IMG/VR virus record: IMGVR_UViG_3300034108_000261 | Length of the DNA: 64,000 nt | Reading direction: 5' to 3' (one strand) | DNA from: an uncultured virus (IMG/VR IMGVR_UViG_3300034108_000261) | Taxonomy: Duplodnaviria > Heunggongvirae > Uroviricota > Caudoviricetes | In this document: piece by piece, positions 63,252-64,000 of the stretch | Numbering within the stretch: position 1 is the stretch's first letter | Layout of the letters: every line of letters begins with the position of its first letter | Position numbers and translations under genes: made by a program | The notes under the pieces: model-generated | What the model was told of the DNA's origin: nothing | The model's database searches: none | Seen by the model: only the letters and a program-made list of their open reading frames with translations

Positions 63252-63417
63252 TAACATTCTCCACTTGAGCATCCCAATCATTGACAATCAGGAATTTATT
63301 AAACTGACGAATGACTTCTTCAACACTACTTGTAGTGAATTCGATAGACATTGCACGACCATCTACATCATTGTCATACGGAATTCGTGCACTAAATGTA
63401 ATTTCTAACTTATCCAT
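63244..63417 (-). CDS. small hypothetical protein (57 aa)
   Basis: Hand translation MDKLEITFSARIPYDND...; AAGGA RBS. Confidence 0.55.
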   Translation of the reverse strand: MDKLEITFSARIPYDNDVDGRAMSIEFTTSSVEEVIRQFNKFLIVNDWDAQVENVNG

Positions 63418-63427
63418 GACTGTATCC

Positions 63428-64000
63428 TTATACGACCGACGAAGGTTCCATCGCCAACCAGTATTCCAACTTCTTGGTCAGGTTGTTAAAGTGCATTGCC
63501 TTCTTCTTTCCGAGTGTTACCTCATAGTCATCAGCAATAACCTTCAGGTTCTCGACCTTCAGACGACAATCAAAGTCACCATCTGCGTTATTGTCTAGTT
63601 CGCGACGGAATGCATTTGCACGAGGATTAGCAGGGTCGCTAACAGTCAGAGTCACCTTACCGCCCTTTGAGACAACGCTCATGGTCGGAGCAGAAAGAAT
63701 GGATGCTGCCTTCTGGACCATGCCAATCTCAGCAGCAGTCATCTTGAAGGTGAAGAACGGATCAATCTCGAGTGACTTATAGGGAGCAGCGGTAACTACT
63801 GATGGGTCAGCATAACCATACTCGAATTCCGACTTGTCCTTACGCAAGAACATACTCGACTGTTCAAACTCGATATCTTGTTCGTCCCAGATGCTGAGAA
63901 GAGCAAGGAGGTTGGGCAAATCATACACTGCGAATTCGCGAGGGAATGATTCGGAGACAGTGGCAAGAGTCAGAATGTTCTTACCTTCACTCACGGTCGC
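63428..64000 (-). CDS. 45: sliding clamp (T4 gp45), 5'-truncated by window edge
   Basis: FA.YDL..LL, Y.YADPS.V, ENLK.I..DY.V, YW.A.E; position upstream of gp44. Confidence 0.92.
   Translation of the reverse strand, partial: ATVSEGKNILTLATVSESFPREFAVYDLPNLLALLSIWDEQDIEFEQSSMFLRKDKSEFEYGYADPSVVTAAPYKSLEIDPFFTFKMTAAEIGMVQKAASILSAPTMSVVSKGGKVTLTVSDPANPRANAFRRELDNNADGDFDCRLKVENLKVIADDYEVTLGKKKAMHFNNLTKKLEYWLAMEPSSVV

Overview
A 64-kb segment of a large T4-superfamily (Tevenvirinae-like) myovirus genome; every supported gene is on the minus strand. Reading in transcription order from the right end: replication core (partial gp45 clamp, gp44/gp62, regA, gp43 polymerase, uvsX, gp41 helicase) interleaved with peroxiredoxin, Hsp20, a nuclease, a radical SAM enzyme and a 2OG-Fe(II) oxygenase; two tandem glycosyltransferases; a late block of putative head-internal and virion proteins, Dps and lysis genes (holin-like, nested i/o-spanins, M15 peptidase + GH19 endolysin); gp61 primase, thyX, nrdA/nrdC/nrdB, RNase H and speD; a 3.9-kb tRNA array interspersed with structured non-coding segments; an AT-rich island of tailoring enzymes (two radical SAMs, QueC-like, two 2OG oxygenases, Coq4-like, GT2); and an early region of small ORFs behind repeated sigma70-type promoter cassettes. 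The array plus one outlying tRNA-Arg gives 26 tRNA or tRNA-like genes covering all 20 amino acids. A GapR-like gene, a ROSE-like element and a G-1:C73 tRNA-His point to an alphaproteobacterial, possibly sphingomonad, host (inference). The most unusual signals are: a tRNA-Arg(ACG)-like RNA whose D-arm-like hairpin follows rather than precedes the anticodon arm, an aberrant tRNA(CAT), several folded RNAs in the tRNA array, modular head proteins that look like protease-cleaved polyproteins, strongly His-enriched late proteins, and early mini-proteins ending in a clamp-binding-like motif. All assignments come from motif recognition and hand folding; no database searches were run.
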